DNA from: Octopus sinensis
Lineage: Eukaryota
NCBI RefSeq assembly: GCF_006345805.1
Contig: NW_021827934.1
Coordinates: forward strand, 1 to 9,477
Reading direction: 5' to 3'
DNA length: 9,477 nt
Positions 7,886 to 9,477 of the stretch are shown in pieces. The notes beneath the pieces were generated by a model, which was not told where the DNA came from, made no database searches, and saw nothing but the letters and a program-made list of their open reading frames with translations. Every line of letters begins with the position of its first letter. The first letter of the stretch is position 1. The position numbers and the translations under genes are program-made.

Positions 7886-8150
7886 ATCCTTCGAAACGTA
7901 GAGTAGATGAAACCTTAGCGACTGAAGAAAGGGTTTTTTCGTTGTGTTAACTGTCCTGTACTCCATTTTTTGTTGTTTTTAAAAAAATGTCCTGTTCCTT
8001 TGGTTTGTGTCTATGTTTTCGTTTCTCTTTGTGTTCGACGTCCCTTTGGTGTCCTGTACTCATATATGCGTGTATATATACATGTAGAGGTAGGTACGTA
8101 CATATATGTTTATATATATGCATATGTTTTATTTCTTTTATTAATATATA
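7886..8150 (+). mobile_element. Dispersed repeat, copy B (homologous to 3028-3465), starting with permuted HHR-like core halves
   Basis: ATCCTTC-GAAAC-GT-A (7886-7900) and CTGAAGA-AAGGG (7922-7933). The body aligns by eye with 3220-3465. Confidence 0.7.
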
Positions 8151-8247
8151 TTTATATATTATATATATAAATAATAAATATTAGGGAATAATCCAAATTT
8201 ACAGGGAAAAAATCAGATTTAGTTAAATCGATTTTATAGTAAAATAT

Positions 8248-8410
8248 TATAAAATATTTCGAGACAAACCACTATTTTGCAAAACAAACAAGGAAAGACT
8301 TAATCAATACATAAATTTTAATAAATAGTCAATTTATAAATTTATGTATTGATTAAGTCTTCCTTGTTTGTTTTGCAAAATAGTGGTTTTGTCTCGAATA
8401 ATATTTTATA
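8248..8410. repeat. Near-perfect ~80-bp inverted repeat with 5-nt loop (foldback hairpin)
   Basis: TCGAGACAAACCACTATTTTGCAAAACAAACAAGGAAAGACTTAATCAATACATAAATTT is mirrored at 8338-8397 with only a few small indels; loop AGTCA at 8327-8331. Confidence 0.9.
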
Positions 8411-8412
8411 TA

Positions 8413-8444
<32 letters not shown>

Positions 8445-8734
8445 AACGCATAAACACACACATACACACACATGTACATTTGCACTCGTACATGTGAATA
8501 AAGATGTAAGCTAATACACACGCCCAAAGTATGACAATGCAGGGAAAACAAATCATATATAGAAATGAAAGAAAAGAGAAGAAATAAAATATAAGTTATA
8601 TTGTTCTAAAAAAGAGAAGAGGTTGGTGATAGATGATCAGGTGACAAGGTTTGGTTGATTCACTTAAGAGTTCAGTTGACTAACTACAAATGTTCTTTTA
8701 TCAAAAACAACGGAAAGCCATGGCTATAGGGTAA

Positions 8735-8875
8735 AAACAAGATATATATGTATATATATATGTGTGTGTCTGTGTGTGTGTGTGTGTATACATACATACA
8801 TACATACATACATACATACATACATACATACATACATACATACATACATTATATACATATACATATACATATATA
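8735..8875. repeat. Compound (TA)n/(TG)n/(CATA)n microsatellite
   Basis: Directly visible. Confidence 0.95.
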
Positions 8876-9074
8876 GGGGATAATTCACATAAAAACAAAA
8901 GACGAAGACAGGTGGTGTAGAAAACAAATAGATGTATTAGTATAACGCTCGGGAATTGAAAAAGTATTTAACGTTTCCAGCCTACGCTTTTCCGCAGAAA
9001 GGAACACAGAAAGAAACAAGGAGAGAAACAAAGAGAGAAAAATGTTTGTAGTGGTTAGCGATCTATCATGGCGA
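8876..9074 (-). mobile_element. HHR-bearing short repeat, copy 1 (degenerate ribozyme at 8967-9000)
   Basis: Direct repeat of 9114-9313, roughly 85-90% identical by manual alignment. Minus strand: TTT | CTGCGGA | A | AAGC-GTAG-GCTG | GAA | ACGT | T | AAA. Confidence 0.7.
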
Positions 9075-9080
9075 AACATA

Positions 9081-9113
<33 letters not shown>

Positions 9114-9313
9114 GGGAGAGTTTACGAAAAAAAAACAAAAGACGAAGACAGGTGGTGTACAAAACAAACAGGTGTATTAGTATAACGCTCAGGAATAGAA
9201 AAGTCTTTTACGTTTCGAGCCTACACTCTTCTACAGAAAGGGACACAGAAAAAACAAGGAGAGAAACAAGGAGAGAAAAAATGTGTGTAGTGGCTAACGA
9301 TCTATCATGGCGA
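9114..9313 (-). mobile_element. HHR-bearing short repeat, copy 2
   Basis: Direct repeat of 8876-9074 at 239-240-bp spacing; may continue past 9313. Confidence 0.7.
9205..9240 (-). ncRNA. Minimal type I hammerhead ribozyme-like motif with palindromic ACGT stem III (A6 to U variant)
   Basis: Minus strand: CTTT | CTGTAGA | A | GAGT-GTAG-GCTC | GAA | ACGT | A | AAAG. 4-bp stem I, 4-bp stem II (one U-G), GUA cleavage site after 9209. Confidence 0.7.
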
Positions 9314-9477
9314 CTAGTGCCGGACAGAAGGGCCAGACACGAGAAGGAAAGTGGGGAAGATAACAAGGTAAAGATGACCCCCAACACAAAGGTGTGTGTG
9401 TGTATAAGAGAGTATGTATGTGCGTGTGAAAGAGGGCTGGTGGTCTGGACATATGCGTGTATGTATGTGTAGGTGCC

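Noticed and set aside
8876-9313. Direct repeats as retroviral-type LTRs or a CRISPR array
   Set aside because: No TG...CA termini, PBS, PPT or internal coding region; no short regularly spaced repeats with unique spacers; eukaryotic context.

Overview
Gene-free, repeat-saturated eukaryotic genomic DNA. The SINE families, the abundant (TA)n/(CA)n/(AGAT)n/(CATA)n microsatellites and the repeat style look like an octopus (cephalopod) genome; this is my recognition, not a database result. No host gene is supported. The centre (~3779-6836, minus strand) is a decayed L1/Tx1-clade LINE: a broken ORF1 with a CCHC knuckle, then an ORF2 with an APE endonuclease and a C-terminal CCHC (zf-RVT-like) region. 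Both ends are truncated and the whole reverse-transcriptase domain is deleted, with the flanks joined in frame. Two SINE pieces lie at 1-212 (+) and 3501-3650 (-). The most striking unannotated signal is in the short repeats between the microsatellites: about nine hammerhead-ribozyme (HHR)-like motifs of the minimal, palindromic-stem-III kind known from Penelope-like elements and retrozymes. They include a pair on opposite strands in one ~280-bp element (one with a G3-C8 compensatory core swap), a tandem pair 239 nt apart, and two circularly permuted copies. Two long inverted-repeat structures and a 137-bp tandem repeat are also present. All folds were worked out by hand.
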